Positions 7,205-7,598 of a stretch of DNA of 7,598 nt are shown here, piece by piece. The notes beneath the pieces were generated by a model. The model was not told the origin of the DNA and searched no databases. It saw only the letters and a list, made by a program, of their open reading frames with translations. Location: NCBI GenBank assembly GCA_000004985.1, contig GG739125.1; one strand, 5' to 3'. Numbering within the stretch: the first letter of the stretch is position 1; each line of letters begins with the position of its first letter. The stretch comes from Naegleria gruberi. Its lineage: Eukaryota. The translations under genes were made by a program, and so were the position numbers.

Positions 7205-7598
7205 CTATGGAACTTTATCATGCTTCATTTTCAATACAAGAAACTTTTTATCCTTATTCGAACCCTTTCCCAATCTCATTTCTTCATAGGTTTTGATAAT
7301 TTCATCACTGAATTGACAATTAAGCATCATTTTGATTAGTTTGAGTTGTTTAGTTGTTAGATTTCTTTCACAAATCAAAAAACCTCTGGAAGAGAATAAT
7401 CTATAATAGCTCTTCGTTTTGAGCTCGATTTCGAGGTTCCTGGAGCGCTGCATGATGATGCTGTGGCACTCACATAAATGCAACAAACAGACAACAACAA
7501 ACATAAAATCAGAAGGGTGTGGTTGTTCCATGTCTTCAGAGGTACTTTCTCTTCTGAACAGATTTTTTCTATGCGCACGGTAAAATTTCATAATGACG
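7205..7598 (-). CDS. Hypothetical ORF of at least 128 aa (stop at 7205-7207; frame still open at the right window edge)
   Basis: The track ORF 7205-7591 begins MKFYRAHRKNLFRRESTSEDMEQPHPSDFMFVVVCLLHLCECHSIIMQRSRNLEIELKTKSYYRLFSSRGFLICERNLTTKQLKLIKMMLNCQFSDEIIKTYEEMRLGKGSNKDKKFLVLKMKHDKVP. Codons upstream of the ATG (plus 7592-7597, reading V, I) are also open, so the true start may lie outside the window. A frame of 128 or more codons without a stop in about 35% GC DNA is unlikely by chance. The product is not recognisable. I noted only a weak helix-turn-helix-like stretch, LTTKQLKLIKMML. Confidence 0.3.
   Translation of the reverse strand, partial: VIMKFYRAHRKNLFRRESTSEDMEQPHPSDFMFVVVCLLHLCECHSIIMQRSRNLEIELKTKSYYRLFSSRGFLICERNLTTKQLKLIKMMLNCQFSDEIIKTYEEMRLGKGSNKDKKFLVLKMKHDKVP

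Noticed and set aside
7139-7339. Plus-strand 66-aa ORF (MKREFFGGSLYHPMKRVESILDLWNFIMLHFQYKKLFILIRTLSQSHFFIGFDNFITELTIKHHFD)
   Set aside because: It lies antisense to and overlapping the longer minus-strand frame. It is short and its composition looks like junk. It is most likely a shadow ORF.
7375-7578. Minus-strand 67-aa ORF in an alternative frame (MRIEKICSEEKVPLKTWNNHTLLILCLLLSVCCIYVSATASSCSAPGTSKSSSKRRAIIDYSLPEVF)
   Set aside because: It is completely nested in another phase inside the ORF of at least 128 aa on the same strand. The longer frame is statistically more plausible. There is no independent support.
7205-7598. CENP-B/pogo-transposase-like helix-turn-helix (psq-type) in the 128-aa ORF (LTTKQLKLIKMMLNCQFSDEIIKTY)
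   Set aside because: It matches only the general L-T-x-x-x-K-L-x-I-I-K pattern. The downstream part of the motif, I-A-x-x-F-G-V-x-x-S-T-V, is absent. The segment is at the C-terminal end of the frame, not N-terminal, and no DDE domain is visible. This is too weak to call a mobile element.
6354-7598. tRNA genes, Tf-type solo LTRs (TGTCAGC...ACA termini) or other Pol III genes near the 5S gene
   Set aside because: I scanned both strands by eye for GTTCGA/TTCGAAT-type T-loop boxes with a matching acceptor stem and for LTR termini. I found none. The region right of the 5S gene is better explained by the minus-strand open frames.
1-7598. Prokaryotic interpretation (operons, Shine-Dalgarno sites, rho-independent terminators, CRISPR arrays, defence islands)
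   Set aside because: The 5S sequence is eukaryotic-type, CCGTCCGAT...AAGTTAAGC with a Pol III T-run, not the bacterial CCGAACUCAGAAGUGAAAC. There are no RBS motifs, no repeat-spacer arrays and no tight gene packing. Overall composition and codon usage look like an AT-rich yeast-like eukaryote.

Overview
Only about 2.4 kb of this 7,598-nt window is readable sequence (1-1159 and 6354-7598). Positions 1160-6353 are one unbroken run of 5,194 N, so most of the locus, including whatever lies between the two readable flanks, cannot be seen. The readable DNA is AT-rich (roughly 35% GC) and looks eukaryotic and fungal-like rather than prokaryotic. Four things support this: a eukaryotic-type 5S rRNA gene with conserved internal control boxes and a Pol III oligo-T terminator, AAT/ATT/TTT-rich codon usage, no Shine-Dalgarno or operon structure, and a standalone 5S gene away from any rDNA array. 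The left flank carries the 5' part of a minus-strand gene (1-882, 294 codons, no stop, C-terminus beyond the window edge) encoding a multi-pass transmembrane protein with at least 5 hydrophobic helices that I cannot assign to a family. The right flank carries a solitary 5S rRNA gene (6621-6738, +). An exact 25-nt second copy of its 3' end plus terminator sits 69 bp downstream. Further right, two statistically unusual open reading frames run on the minus strand (7205-7598 and 6886-7116, different frames, 88 bp apart). They may be exons of one spliced gene or a frameshifted pseudogene. No CRISPR array, tRNA or recognisable transposon is visible in the readable sequence. The arrangement (dispersed 5S gene next to about 5.2 kb of unresolved sequence, in an AT-rich fission-yeast-like genome) resembles loci where dispersed 5S rDNA flanks repeated elements. 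What is in the gap is speculation only.
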